Below, one piece after another: positions 44,101 through 56,751 of a DNA stretch of 64,000 nucleotides. Source of the stretch: Lama guanicoe (taxonomy: Eukaryota); NCBI GenBank assembly GCA_013239625.1, contig MU053379.1:984974-1048973 (forward strand), given 5' to 3'. Below the pieces are notes generated by a model that was not told the origin of the DNA, searched no databases, and saw only the letters and a list, made by a program, of their open reading frames with translations. How positions within the stretch are numbered: position 1 is the stretch's first letter; each line of letters starts with the position of its first letter. Made by a program: the position numbers and the translations under genes.

Positions 44101-47100
44101 AGCCACTGTCTTAGGCTGTTCTTGCCCTAAAAGAAAGTACGGGAGAAGAATGCCATATATTTCCCCCCCTCCCCCAGCCCAAGTCCCATGACGTTGGCCA
44201 ATTCGTGTGTGCCCTGATTCTCATTTCTTGCCAGTCACTAAGCCTGTTAGTAAAAGGATGCCTCCACCTGTGTTCATAATTAAGATTTGGTTGTAAAAAC
44301 AACTGTAAACAAGCACATTTCTCTAAATGCCTAATAACTGTTTATCACAACCAGTTAACTTACTGGTTACTTAAATGAAATGGATACTTAAATCTACAGT
44401 ACTGTGTGAATTCACTAGGTATGGCCCTGTGGCCCCCAGGTCTTCGATCCGAACTTTGGCGTAATTCTACTAGAAATACGTCATTTTAATCCATTTTATT
44501 ATCTAAGCTATTCTAGTCCCTTTTGTTTTCAAAGTGCATTCTTAGATTTCACAAGAGTCTGAAGTGTGTCTTAGGGATTGTCACTTAAAGGTAATTCATG
44601 TAATTTTCAATCTTATCGCTCAGAGTTTATTGAGTGTTCTTCAGTACTAGCTTTGTTTTGGGTTTGTTGTTGTTTTCCTTTTCCCCTGATTTTCTTTTCA
44701 GACATGTTTTTACAAGGGAAACAGTTTCATGAAGCCTTGGAAAGCATACTTTCACCTCAGGGGACCTTAAAAAACAGAGATGAAAATCTCGAATCTGGCT
44801 ACATCCAAAGTGTCCAGCATGTTTTGAAAGATGTCAGTGGAGTGCGAGCTCTTGAAAGTGCTGTTCAGCATGAGGCCCTAAAGTATGTAGGTCTGCTGGA
44901 CTGTGTGGCTGATTATCAGTAAGTATTAGATTTTTTTTACATTGAATGAGGTGAATTAATTCTGGTGGACAGGTGTTTCCTCTCCAACACTACTTTTTTC
45001 TTTTAACTCTTGCTTCAAGATGTGTCCTCTGTAAAGTCAAAACCTACGTGATAGGTAACGGTCACATCATCCTTGTAAATCTTTGTTCCAAAATCCAAGT
45101 GTTTGGTGGAGAAAAGGTGTAACTTTCCAGCATCCCTAAGATGGCCTGTTTTCCAGCATGTTCCCCCTCCCCTCCCCCAAAGCAGAGTACCAGCCATAAG
45201 GTCCAATTTGACTCTTGCATTTTTTCCCCTGTTGCCTGAAAATAGCACCTTGATCTGTCGGCCCTGAAAATCAACTCTCTTCCTGGCTTCCAAGCAGTTT
45301 TTTACATGGGTAGGAACTCTGGGCTTACTAAAGCATCCTGTGGTTTTTACATTGCTGCTGCTACTGTTTTCCCCACTTACTCCAGATTTCAGGAGCAGAG
45401 AGAACCTGCACATACCCCCTATTCCAAGAAAAAGCATTTGAGTGATGCAGCAGGGCTGGGGGAAATCTGAGTATAACCCTGGAACTCTAGTTAATAAAGA
45501 TACTGGACTCTGGAGACAGGCTGACTGAGTTTGGTTTCTAGCTTTTCTTCTTAACCTTAGGCTCCTTACTTAGCCTCTCTGCACTTCAACTTGTTCATCT
45601 GTAAAATAGGACAAATACAGTACCTACCTCGTAGGTTTGTCTTAGAGGTTAAATGAGACATTCCCTGTAACACTGCTTAAAACGCACACTATCTACTCAG
45701 TAAACGTCAGCATTATTGTTCAGATCCTGTTCTTTTTAAGTGCTGCTCGGTATTCCTTTGTGTGAATGAGCCATATCCATTTCCCTGTTGGGAGCATCAG
45801 GTTCTGTCTAGTTTTTCACTATTACAAACTGCAGCAGTGACTGTCTCCTCTTAGACCATCATGAGACTGTCTGTCGGCAGGTGCTCGGGTTCCCCTATTT
45901 GTTTTGATGAGTGATATGTGAGGTTTGGATAAATTCAGATGACCTGAAGCAGGCCTGGGAATGAATACTTAAATTTTCCAGGCCCTTGTCACTTGCACCC
46001 AGGATATGAGACCACTGCTCTCCGTAAAGGCCTGTAACGGGAATTGTGGGGTCACGGAGCACTTGAGTTTTAACATTGTATCTCATCATTTCAGTCCGCA
46101 TCTCAAACTAGGCTGAGCATCTTTCTATTTATTGAGGAGCTATTTGTGGACTGTCTTATTGTAGTTTTAATTTGGGCTTATGCTACTGAGATTGTTGTTT
46201 CACATTATTAAGCCCTACACATTATAGTACATTGCGGGAAACAGTGGAACATGGCAGAAATCTTTATTTTAGGGTATTCTGATTTTCTTCAAGGGAGAGA
46301 ACTAGGAATGGTAGCCCCCTGAGGTTCCTGGGGCCCTCTTTTCACTTGCATAGATTGTCGGACTTTGCAGTATTACAGATTATAAAGACGGTGTATTACG
46401 TCTGTACCTGCACTGTCTAACAGAGTAGCCATAAGCCACGTATGGCCGTTAAGCACCTGAATGTGCCCAGTCCAAACAGGTGTGCTGTAAACACACAAAC
46501 TAGATTTCAGTGACTTAGTGCAAAAAAGAATGTACAAAATCTCACTAATAACTTTTTAATGTTAATTATGTATTGAAATGATATTTTGGATATGTTGAGT
46601 TGAATAAAATATTAAAATTTCATCTCTTTTTTGATGTAGCTACTAGAAAATTTTAAGTGATATGTGTAGTTTGCATTTTTTTCATTGAGGTATTGTTGAT
46701 TTACAATGTTGTGTTAGTTTCTGTAGTACAGCATAGTTTATTTCTTTTAGACAGTGCTCCCCTAGACTGATTTTATAAATACCTTGCATAAGTTGTAACT
46801 CTGGGACTACAGTGACAGGTAGGTAACATACATACTTTGTGCAAGATCTCCCTCTAAACTGCTGCTTTTAAAACTGAAGTCAAGAAAGACAGCAGATAGA
46901 GCCTCTGAGAGTCACCGGTTTTCAGTTACTCATTCTGCCGTCCTCTGACATCTGCAGTTGGCAACTGTAAATCCCACCAGGGTTGGGGGTGGGTACTGGT
47001 TATTTGACTAAACAAAAGTGGCAGGAATGTTTTTATTTTTCCAGCATCCCTCCCCTGTATGTAACTCTTAGGACGGGGACCAGATCTGCTTACTTGCATT

Positions 47101-48317
47101 TCTGCACACAGTTGATGCCCATTAGGTGCCGATGGGCTTGGACCCCAGCTTTGGTTTGAGGCGCTGTGATGCTGAGTCCTGCGCCATGGGGACTTTGCCC
47201 CTGGTCTGTTGTGGTTCCTCCTGATAGACATTTCAGTCAAAATCAACTGAGAAACTAATAGAGGGAGTTTCGGTTCCCTTGTCAACTGTTAAATCATAGA
47301 GGTCCAGAGAGATTTCTAGAGAGTTTAGAAACTTGCCCTGGGGAGGCTGTTTCCCGACATTCGCACACGGGCCCGCTCCCGTGGCTCCCGCCCGGGCGCC
47401 GTGGGCAGCATTTTCCATCATGTCATCACTGCCCTGGATGCGGGGCTCGAAGGAAAGAACATCCCACACGTTAAAATCCCAAGTAGAGCTCAGGAGAGCG
47501 GTCTTTCTGGAAAGCGGGGGATAGAAGCAACAGTCATCAGGTGACAAGTAGTAAAGTGTATGTAAGAAGAGCTTTAACCTAATAGTTTTCCAGTTTTAAC
47601 TATTACGTACAGAGGCTTCCTTTGGTTTCCCTTCAGGGGCAAGCTGTGTGTGATTGATTGGAAGACGTCAGAGAAGCCAAAACCTTTTATCCGGAATACG
47701 TTTGACAACCCGCTGCAAGTCGTGGCCTATGTTGGTGCCATAAACCACGATGCCAACTACAGCTTTCAGGTCAGGACGCCGAGCCTCTGCTTCTGTGTAG
47801 CTGGCTCGGTGCTGCTTTGTAGCTTCTTAACTCCTGAGGGGTTTTTTTGCTGTTTGTCACCCACTGCTTCCTCTGTTCCTGTCCCTCTCCCACTTCAAAA
47901 GCACCTTCCCCCTCTTCCTGGGCTTCTTGTTAATGGTTCTTTAATGATCACAGTCCATTCTTTAATGTCTTAACGGTCATCTCCGTGTTCTTGTGTATCC
48001 TGGTCCAGTCTTTAATCAACCCACCTTAGAAACTGAATTAAAAGATAATTGCTGTAGATTGTTTTGTTCTGAGTTTGCCCCAGAGTAAGAAGGAAATGAA
48101 CCCCAACTGTGGCGCCACCTTAGAAATGCCGCGCTTGCCCTGTGTTCCTTCCTAGGTTCAGTGTGGCTTGATCGTGGTGGCCTACAAAGACGGGTCCCCT
48201 GCTCACCCGCACTTCATGGACGCTGAGCTCTGTTCGCAGTACTGGGCGAAGTGGCTCCTTCGACTGGAAGAGTATAGAAAGAAGGAAAAGAGCCAGAATA
48301 TTCAGAAGCCAGATTAG
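40658..48317 (+). CDS. MGME1: Mitochondrial genome maintenance exonuclease 1 (RecB-type PD-(D/E)XK nuclease), complete spliced CDS, 4 coding exons, 341 aa
   Basis: join 40658-41171, 44702-44918, 47637-47769, 48156-48317 = 1026 nt; GT-AG introns, consistent phases. Basic N-terminal presequence [15 protein letters not shown]; motifs [40 protein letters not shown] all intact. Confidence 0.97.
42142..42234 (-). mobile_element. tRNA-Ala-derived SINE (camelid vic-1-like)
   Basis: ATAGCTCAGTGGTAG (A box)...GGTTCAATCCC (B box) and an A tail; anticodon loop has a TTAG duplication. Confidence 0.8.
44702..44918 (+). CDS. MGME1: MGME1 coding exon 2 ([18 protein letters not shown]...[12 protein letters not shown])
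   Basis: Long pyrimidine tract with TTTCAG|, donor |GTAAGT; 217 nt. Confidence 0.96.
45500..45720 (+). mobile_element. MIR SINE
   Basis: TTACTTAGCCTCTCTGCACTTCAACTTGTTCATCTGTAAAATAGG...TACCTACCTCGTAGG core. Other MIR cores at about 1480-1580, 9410-9500, 28640-28800, 41300-41410, 51310-51500. Confidence 0.75.
46408..46758 (-). mobile_element. MER33 hAT-Charlie element with a nested short L1 3' tail (about 46677-46737)
   Basis: CTGCACTGTCTAACAGAGTAGCCATAAGCCAC...GCTACTAGAAAATTTTAA...TTAGACAGTGCT; insert TTGAGGTATTGTTGATTTACAATGTTGTGTTAGTTTCTG is an L1 terminus. Confidence 0.75.
47637..47769 (+). CDS. MGME1: MGME1 coding exon 3 ([44 protein letters not shown])
   Basis: Acceptor CTTCAG|, donor CAG|GTCAGG; 133 nt; catalytic DxK and QxxxY motifs. 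Confidence 0.96.
48156..48317 (+). CDS. MGME1: MGME1 last coding exon ([53 protein letters not shown])
   Basis: Acceptor TTCCTAG|; TAG at 48315-48317. Confidence 0.96.
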   Translation, partial: VQCGLIVVAYKDGSPAHPHFMDAELCSQYWAKWLLRLEEYRKKEKSQNIQKPD

Positions 48318-49211
48318 GGGGCAGGATGCTGCGTACAGGGTCTGAGAGCTACCTTAACACTAGCAGGACTACTCATTTGTTGAAATTTATCGCAACCAAA
48401 AAGACAAAGCTGGGAAACTTAAAGACCCGGGCTTCCCCATGTGAAAGAGCAGCTGTGCTACCTCTGACCAGCAAGGGCAAGCGGGATTGGCCCGGTGTTG
48501 GTCGCTGTGGGACCCCCACCCCCAGCGCCCCTGTAGACCTTTCTGTGTCTCGGGCAGGATGCCCAGTCCTCGCACTGAGAAATGAAGGGTGGTGAGGCTT
48601 GGTGTGCCGTGCGGCTACCCAGGGCACACGGGAGGGAGGGGGCCCCGCGCCCCTAGGTGTGTGTGGAGGGAGGACGTCGCCCACTGCCAACCAACTTCCT
48701 AAAACGTGTTTCATATATTGGGGTCACTGTATTTCACGTGGGGAAAAGGCTTCCCTTTAACATTTTTGAAAAATATGATTCCTTCACTAGCTTCAAGTAA
48801 ACGCTGCTCTCTGGAAAGATGGGGCATGTTCACTGTATCACTGGCAAGACCCCTTGGCCTCCCACCATGAACCCCCAGAAGGAGCCAGGCTCCATCTGAG
48901 AATTGTAAATGTAGGTGTTTTGGTAGCTGTATTCTGGTTTGAGTCAAGCAATCATGTACACGGAGCAAATGCGTTGTTTAGGGGACTTTTCCGCTCTGGG
49001 GAACAATAATAACATCTGTTTTCTGTGTTTGGTAAGTAATGAAAACGATTAGTGTCACTGGGCTCGGGAAGCATAAATAAATGCCACTGCAGCCCTGGGG
49101 GAGGCTCCCTGTTCTACGCAGTAGGTTAGCGTTTAAGTTACCGCTGCTGTCTTAAAATAATAGGGTGCGACAACCACTTTTTTTCCCTTTCATTAGCCAT
49201 TAATTATAAGA

Positions 49212-49217
49212 AATAAA
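49212..49217 (+). terminator. MGME1 polyadenylation signal AATAAA (second candidate at 49076-49081)
   Basis: AATAAA followed by a U-rich element CTTTGCTTTCGCTTTTTTTTTTT (about 49246-49268). Confidence 0.65.
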
Positions 49218-52200
49218 ATACAAGATGTGAGTGAAGTAACGAGGCCTTTGCTTTCGCTTTTTTTTTTTGACTTGTGCATTTATAGAGTAATCTCACAAAC
49301 CTGGAAATTGGTTAGATTTTGTTTTTAGATTCAGATTTTTACCACTGACCCAGTAGCTTTGAGATGTGTTGTATGTAAACACACACACAAAGGAAGAGAG
49401 GGGCAAATTGAGGGGGACTTTGTCTTGACTCCATACACTTCACATATTTCTCAAGCAGTGTATATTCCTGTAGGCTGTAGTTTCCAAAGTCACAAATCAA
49501 GTGAGGTCATTCAGAGCTGTCCCTGCAGGTGTGGCCACACTGCTCCACCCTGCCCCCTCCTAGAATTCAGGAGCCCAGACCCAGCAAGGCTTGATTTTAA
49601 CATCGTGTGAACTAATGTGGCGTGAACTGTTCCATGAAAGACCCTCAGTCTGACCGGGAAGGCGTGACTGGTGTGCGTGGCTACGGTAAATTGGGGGCAG
49701 GTGCCCCCGACTCACACAGGGCACACCAGTGTCTCCCCACAGCCTTCACAGTCCTCAGTCTCCCCAACAGAGAAAGCTCAGTTCTCCGAGAGGGAGATGT
49801 CAATTGAAAAAGTTATTTTCACTACCAAGGCAGAGGAAGAGAAGGCTAAATCTGAGTTTCTAAACGAGTCACAGCTTTTCAAGAATTAGCATGGATGTTA
49901 CTAACTGGGGGCTACCACCTGCTCCCCTAAGTCATGGAGCATACTAAACGCCAGGGAAATGAAGCAGGACTTGTGACGAGGGATTCTCTAATTGAGGATA
50001 ATTAAAATGTTTTTTAAAGGAGGTGTACATTGCTCTTCTGAGGCCTTCTCCCTTACAGAATAGACTTCCCATCCTGAGCTCTGACAATCCGTTAGATTTG
50101 AAGCTGTTCCCCTTCTCCCCTGCAATTCTACGCATTAACGCACTCAGCAGCTGGCAAAAACTCCATGCTGGCACTAAAAACCAGTCTTCAATTTCTCCCC
50201 CCACAATAATGCCTTTTTCCTCCCTCAGACCTGACCTCTTGCTCAGAGCCATTAGCCCCTGTTAACCTGAGGACATCAACCTCTATAAACCTCTTAGAGT
50301 TTTAGGACAACTTGTCAACATGTAGCGTATGGTTTCACATATGTTGACCATCAGCACAGGAAGCGGGTTAGTCATAGGTCATTGTGTTTCTAGGTAACCA
50401 ATTTGCCTACCAGCTCTAGGAGTTGGAGGTGGGTAATTTGTTTTAATCACTGCATGTTTCCACCTGAGCAATTAAACACTGGATTATAACCTACCCTATC
50501 CTCCTCCCGCACACAGAAAGTGAAGCAAGGAAATAGAACTTTTATGTTTAAAGAAACACTTCAGTTGTTAGGAGCTGATACCCTAAAGAGAAACACTATT
50601 AAACCAAAGCCATCAGTTACCAAGCGAAGGCAGAACTGACTCTCCCTGCCTCCCTCCTCCTGCCCTCCTCCCCTTCCTTCCAGCCTCTGCAGGGCAGGTT
50701 AACAAAGGGACGCCTAACCCACTGAACTCTTAAGTTATTTACACCAGAGAAGGGAGCTTGGGAGACTCTCTGGGGAGACGCTCCTGACTGAACAAAGGCT
50801 TACCTGTTGCCTGGACAGTAACGGTTGTCAGGTTTGAGAAATGCTTTTGTAAGGATCAGTCATAAAATGGTCTGGGTTAGAGCAGGGTTTGTGTTTTTTC
50901 CATTTTGCTCAAGAGGTAGGGAAGGAAGGGGTGGGGGGGATAATAGACATTACAGGAAAACTGAAAAGCCCTTTTCTTTAATCCCACTTCCCTCTCCCTG
51001 AGACTAGCACCGTCATAAATTCGGTGTTACCTTCCTAGCGTATCCTTTTATAGTCTTACTACTTATACCTGCGTTGTTCTCCGTGAATAATACATCGTTC
51101 TGCTTTCTGGGTTTGGTTTTTACTGCCGTGTCTCTATGAGTTTTGCGATCATCCGGGTTGACCGCCCCTAAATCTAGTGCTTGGCTTTCCGCCGCTCTGC
51201 CTATTGCCTCGCCAGTGGGCCATCAGACAGCAGTGTTCGCTACTACAGACGGTGCTGCAGTGAGCACCCTCCAGGGTGTGCCCGTTTCCTGGAGAACACG
51301 AGGCATGGGCAAGGCGGGGGAAGCTGGGTGTGGACCGTGCCTCTGCCACTTACTAGCTCAGTGACCTTGGGCAAGTTACCTGACCTCTCTGGGGCCGATT
51401 TCCTCATTTGTAAATCGAGGGGAAATAATAGTACTTCCTAGAGTCCTGAGGATTAAATGAGGCTGAGTGCCTGGCACGTAGCAGGAACAAAATGCCTGTT
51501 AGCCAGCCTCATCAGTATCAAGTAATCAAACCAGCCGAGTCCGCTGGGTCCCAGGCTGTGCATGGCTTGAACATCACTGCCCAGTTCCTCTGCGCAACAG
51601 TGTTATCAACTTGTGCTCCCACAGTGGCTGCTGAAGCTTCCTGCTTTCCCACATATTCATTAACAAAAGAGTTTTAAGACTTTTTTTTTTCCAACATGAT
51701 GGGGTGAAAAGTTAATTTTTACTTTTTTCAACAGCGTTATTGCGTAAATAAAATCGGCTTTAAACGAGATTGCCATCTAGTGGTGGAGGAGTAGACTGCA
51801 GTTAGAGGCTAGAAGCCAGAGGCTGGTGGACCCACATACACTCTGGGGTGAAACAGCGTTTCAGGCACTCACACACATCTGGTTTGAATTGAAGCAGCTG
51901 CATGAGAGTTCTTCTCCCCATTTTTAGGCAACTTGTGATGTTCTCACGTTTTCTAGTGTAGCGATGTGGAGGCCTGTCTGCCCAGCCCTCGGGAGCCTCT
52001 TCCAGCCAAATGAATCTGGGTCACTGGCTCCGAAAAGAGGAATGAGACAGATTAGGAACAAGGCTATTTACAAACTGGCAGGAGATGGTGGCTCCAGCCG
52101 GGCAGGCTTTCCTTGAGCAACCCTAATTCTCTAAGGGAGAGGTAGACGGTCAGGAGAAGGGCAGGCTTTGGGGCCGTTGCCTCAAACTGCCGCTGTGCTG

Positions 52201-52477
52201 AGCCCCAGGTAATGTCCTTCCAAATCAGGGGCCTGTGCTGTCTGCTGTGAGGACTTCTAAAATCCATAGTTGGAAAAGATGAGTGCATGAAAATTAATCA
52301 TCAAAGGTAGAGACACATTTTAAAAGGTCTATCTAAAAATGTCCCATGAAAGATAAGGGTGTAAAAAAAGCAATGTTGCTGAAATATCTTTTATTTCATG
52401 TCTTATATGAAAAGACATATAACATGTCTTTAAATCAGGACTGTCAGTAAATAAATGGGATATTAAAAGTTAAGAAA

Positions 52478-52660
52478 ATAAGATCCTACCATATAGCACA
52501 GTATACAGACCAAACATCCTGTAATGAATCATAATGGAAAGAACATGGAAAAGAATATGTATATATATGTATGTATAACTGAATCACTTTGCTGTACACC
52601 AGAAATTAACAGAATACTGTAAATCAACTATACTTCAATTAAAAAAAAATTTTTAAAAAA
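52478..52660 (+). mobile_element. Cetartiodactyl-type L1 3' end fragment
   Basis: ATAACTGAATCACTTTGCTGTACACCAGAAATTAAC...AATCAACTATACTTCAATTAAAAAAAAA. Confidence 0.8.
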
Positions 52661-53749
52661 GAAAACCAAGTCTAAACAACGAGCAAAGATCAGCTGCGAT
52701 TAGAAACATCCATTCAGGCAACTCTAGGCTGTCGCACAGCACGAGCTGCGCTGTTGTTTTCACTGATGCCTTTGCCCAAAACCACTTCCCTTCATCCCCT
52801 TTTTCAGCCAAGTCTTAGTTTTCTAAGAGATTGATTGGACCTGAACCCCAATCCTACCAGGTGTGCAGCTCCAGCCTTACCTGCTCTGTGGGAAACGGGA
52901 TGGTGTAACACAGAAAGCAGGGAGACATGGGTTCAGGTCCCAGCCCTGCAACGTCAGGTGAGTCACTTCCCTTCCCCGTGTCTGTTTCCTCATCAGTAGT
53001 TTGGGGCTAGTCCTGACCCCAGCGTTGTCGGAAACCTCAGCGCAGGGAAAGGTGAGGCAATGCTGGGAATGGACTGGGCGCCAGACAAATATCTGGTCTG
53101 ACTCCAATCAGCACGTGATGATTCCACCCTCCACTGACCTCCCAGGGAGCCGTTGCTTTTACCACCCATTTTCATTCTCCTTTGCCTTCCACCTTTCCTG
53201 TCACTTAACCATTTCCGTTGTGTACATCAACTCCCCAGTTCATGGGACACGTCGACAGCCCTGGACAGATGTGAGACATTCAGTACATACATACTGCTTG
53301 TGAAACTGCCCTACGTGTGAATGCTTCCTTTTCCAGCACTGTAGTCAGCAGTTACCCATAAGGTGTGGAGTTTCAAATCCAAGTTATCACTACAGAACAT
53401 GACACAAGGTCCAGGAGGTCACGACTTGCGAAAATTGGGTGCATCTTGGATGCGAGATCAAGAAAGTGAAAGAAATAGATAAAAGTCACAAAGAACAGTT
53501 TTAAGAGAGATAAGTGAAGGGACAAACAAGGAAGGGGAACCTACCCTGCCCCAGAGAAGGAGAAAAAGAGCTGGGATTAGAATGGCCCCCAGAGACCTGA
53601 TGGTTAGCTCTGGCCAGCCCTCGGCTGAGAGGCTGCGGACACACTTGTAAGGGAGGTATTATAGAGCTAGAGGAGTCACGAGTCAAGACGTAAAATGGGA
53701 CTTGTGATGTAGTACAGAGGACAGAATGGAGAAAAAGGCACAAGACTAT

Positions 53750-54260
53750 GAGTTAGAGGTTAATCCACCCCTTCACCCAACAAACACTTACTGAGTGTCT
53801 GCTCTGTGCCAACTTGTGCAAGGACCTGAGGTCCAGAGGACGGGCAAACAACTAAAAGTGAGAAAAGTGGTAAGAAAATTACAGATGGGGAATGCTATGA
53901 AGAAACAGTGCCCGAGCCAGCCAGGGGGTCGGCGTGTGGGCTTGGGCGTGAGAGGTCCGAGAGGGCGCCTCAGAGGGGTGATGTGTAAGACGAAACCAGA
54001 GAGAGACAGAGCGGCTAGCGGAGTCAGGAGCCACAGCAAGGGCGCTCCTGCAGGAGGACCAGCAGGTTCAAGGCCTAGAGGCAGGAAGGAGTTCACAGTC
54101 CAGAGCAAGGGCAAACTGTAGGGAGACAGGAGAGGCCGGAAAGCAGTAGGGCAGGGAAAGATGGCAGACCTGGGGCAGGTGAGGGAGCCAGGGAGGCAAA
54201 GCGCATAGGCCATGAAAGAGTTTGGATTTTAGTCCAAGTATGATGCAAAGGCAGGATAGG
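53750..54260 (-). mobile_element. LINE-2 fragment
   Basis: CAACAAACACTTACTGAGTGTCTGCTCTGTGCCA...GGCCATGAAAGAGTTTGGATTTTA. Confidence 0.6.
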
Positions 54261-54305
54261 CAGGGGATTAAAGCCATTCCTTCCCTTTTCAAGAAGATCA
54301 GTCTT

Positions 54306-54720
54306 CAAACTATGGTTACAAGGAGGGAACAAGGGGAGAAGAGGGATAAACTGGGAGTTCGGGATTTGCAGGTACACCTACTATATATAAAACTAGATAA
54401 ACAACAAGGACCTTCTGTATAGCTCAGGGAACTACATTCAGTATCTTGTAATAGCCTATAATGAAGAATATGAAAAGAAATATATGCGTATATGTGTAAC
54501 TGAATCACTATGCTGTACACCAGAAATTAACACAACACTGTCAACCAACTACACTTCAATAAAAAAAAGGGCAGTCTTAGAGAAAGACAAGTATCATATG
54601 ATATCACTTATATGTGGAATCTAAAAATTAATACAAATTTTATTTACACACCAGAAATGGACTCGGGACATAGAAAACAAACTATGGTTACCCAAGGGGA
54701 AGGGGGGAGGGATAAATTAG
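54306..54720 (+). mobile_element. Two adjacent cetartiodactyl-type L1 3' fragments (54306-54568 and 54579-54720)
   Basis: Both contain CAAACTATGGTTAC...GAGGGATAAA; the first ends in CTTCAATAAAAAAAA and is flanked by CAGTCTT direct repeats. Confidence 0.8.
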
Positions 54721-55180
54721 GCTCTGTCTGGGTCCCATTTATTGACATCGCATTGCCCTAAGCAAGTCATGTGTCCCAGCCAAGATTCAAGGGCTGCAGA
54801 AATGAACTCCACCTCTTGATGAGATGTGCCAAAAAGTCACATTGTGAAGGGGCGTGGATCCAAGGAAGGGAAGAGATGGGCCATTTTTACAACCTGCGGT
54901 GGTAGTGGTACAACCCAGGTTGTTACATAGTCTTTGAGCCTCGATTTACACGTGGGCAAGATAACGACTGCATTGGGTTTTATAACGAGTAGAAATAACA
55001 AATTTAAATGTAAAGCCCCTGGCCTGTAATAAATATTCAATAGTAGCTGTTTTATTGTTGCAAATAATGATGGCATTTTATGTCTATTGAGTACAAGTAT
55101 TTCCTGAACTTCAGTCACTCCTGTGCCACCACCAGGATTTCTGCCAGATCTTAGGGCCATTTAGACAATTATTCACATAG

Positions 55181-55338
55181 TATTTTTCTTTTCTTTTCTT
55201 TTTAATTTTTTTTTTATTTTTGGAGGAAGGTAAATAAGTTTATTTACTGATTAATTTTTTTAATGGAGGTACTGGGGGTTGAACCCAGCTCCTTATGCAT
55301 GCTAAGCATGCACTCTACCACTGAGCTATATCCTCCCT
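55181..55338 (-). mobile_element. tRNA-Ala-derived SINE (camelid vic-1-like)
   Basis: Minus strand GGGAGGATATAGCTCAGTGGTAGAGTGCATGCTTAGCATGCAT...GGTTCAACCCCCAGTACCTCCA with an A-rich tail; TATTTTTCTTT on both sides. Confidence 0.85.
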
Positions 55339-55530
55339 ACCTACAATATTTTTCTTTAAACAGGTTCACTCTTCTTATTTAAATAAATTTATTTCAAAAG
55401 CAAACTGTATCTCACCACCACAGGGAAAAATGGCTGTGACTTGCTATAAGCAGAAGGTAACCATAAATTAAGCACAACTAAAACAAAACAGTGATGTTCA
55501 TTCTAACTCAGTTCCCTTGCTTTCCAAAGC

Positions 55531-55641
55531 TGGGTAGCACTCGGTAGTGGAGTGCATACTTAGCTTGCATGAGGTCCTGGGTTCAATCCCCAGTACCTCC
55601 TCTAAAAGTAAATAATAAACCCCCCAAAAAAACTAAAGAAA
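55531..55641 (+). mobile_element. tRNA-Ala-derived SINE, diverged copy
   Basis: GAGTGCATACTTAGCTTGCATGAGGTCCTGGGTTCAATCCCCAGTACCTCC with an A-rich tail. Confidence 0.8.
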
Positions 55642-56751
55642 ATTTTCCAACCAAAGGCTGAACTGGAGGCCTGCCTTCTCTTGGCTAGAGGGTATTCGAA
55701 CAAAATGAGGCCCCAAAGCTACAGCCTACAGAGGCTTTCTTCCCGATATAATCAGAGAGACAAGGGGCTTTTTCACTGGGAGCCTGGGGACCTACAGCCA
55801 CTCACAGGCAGTGCACAAAATGACTCCATCTAGGAAACACCGAGGCCGGACCAGAGGCAAGAGAGAGGGAAGAGTCTGTTCAGCCACTGCACCCCCCACC
55901 CCAGGAAGGCCAGTGGGCCTCCGAGGGGTAGTGACAGGAGGGAGACATACAGGACGGGGACCTAGGTGTGCCTCCTGGACCTGCCACTTCCCAGCCAGGT
56001 AACCTTGGACCCGTCAATTGACATTTGGGAAACCTTGGCTTCCTTAACTGAAACATTCAGCTAAGAACTTCTTACCTGCCCTGCAGAGTGTCTGTAAGAG
56101 CCAGGTGTGAGCCTGTAGGTCACTCTGCTTCTTCATCTGTAAACTACGTGTAAATACAGGCGACCATGGGGATGTTCGCTGAGGGTAGGCAGGAAGAAGT
56201 GGGCACCAAGGGGTGAACGTAGAGGAAGGGAGTCTGCTCACTGGCCGCGGGGACAGACGGCAAAGTGTTGGCACGGTCCCCGCCCAGGGGTCTTAAAGGC
56301 AAGGAGCCAGCCAGACAGGACGCAGGTGAGGAGGCAGCCTTCCAATTCCAGGAACCTCTGATTGGTCACCAGGGCCATCAGCCTGCTGGCCCTCCCCATC
56401 TGGTACCTACGGTGTCATCCCAGGATGTAGAATCCACTGAGAGGCAGTGAAGGGTTAACTACACGTATGGAGCCCTGAACGCTGTCTGGATCTCAGGACC
56501 CAGCTCACGCTCCCCAACCTGCGGAGCTGCGCACTGCCCTCAGAGGTGACCTGCCTCCCACAGCGTGACGCAGGGCTCTGTGCCGGTATTCACCCTGCCT
56601 CTTGTACGGCCGTCTCCCCACTAGACTGTGCGTTTCCCACGTCCTCTGGCCCCAGCTCCGGCACTGCAGACGCACAGGCAGTGCTGGTCAGTGTAGCAAA
56701 CCCCACCTTCCCTGTCCACATCCCCTTGGCACTCAGTGTTCTAAATGATGA

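Noticed and set aside
50314..50348. Small inverted repeat GTCAACAT...ATGTTGAC
   Set aside because: An 8-bp stem is expected by chance in 64 kb, and it lies in a probable old LTR-like region I could not classify
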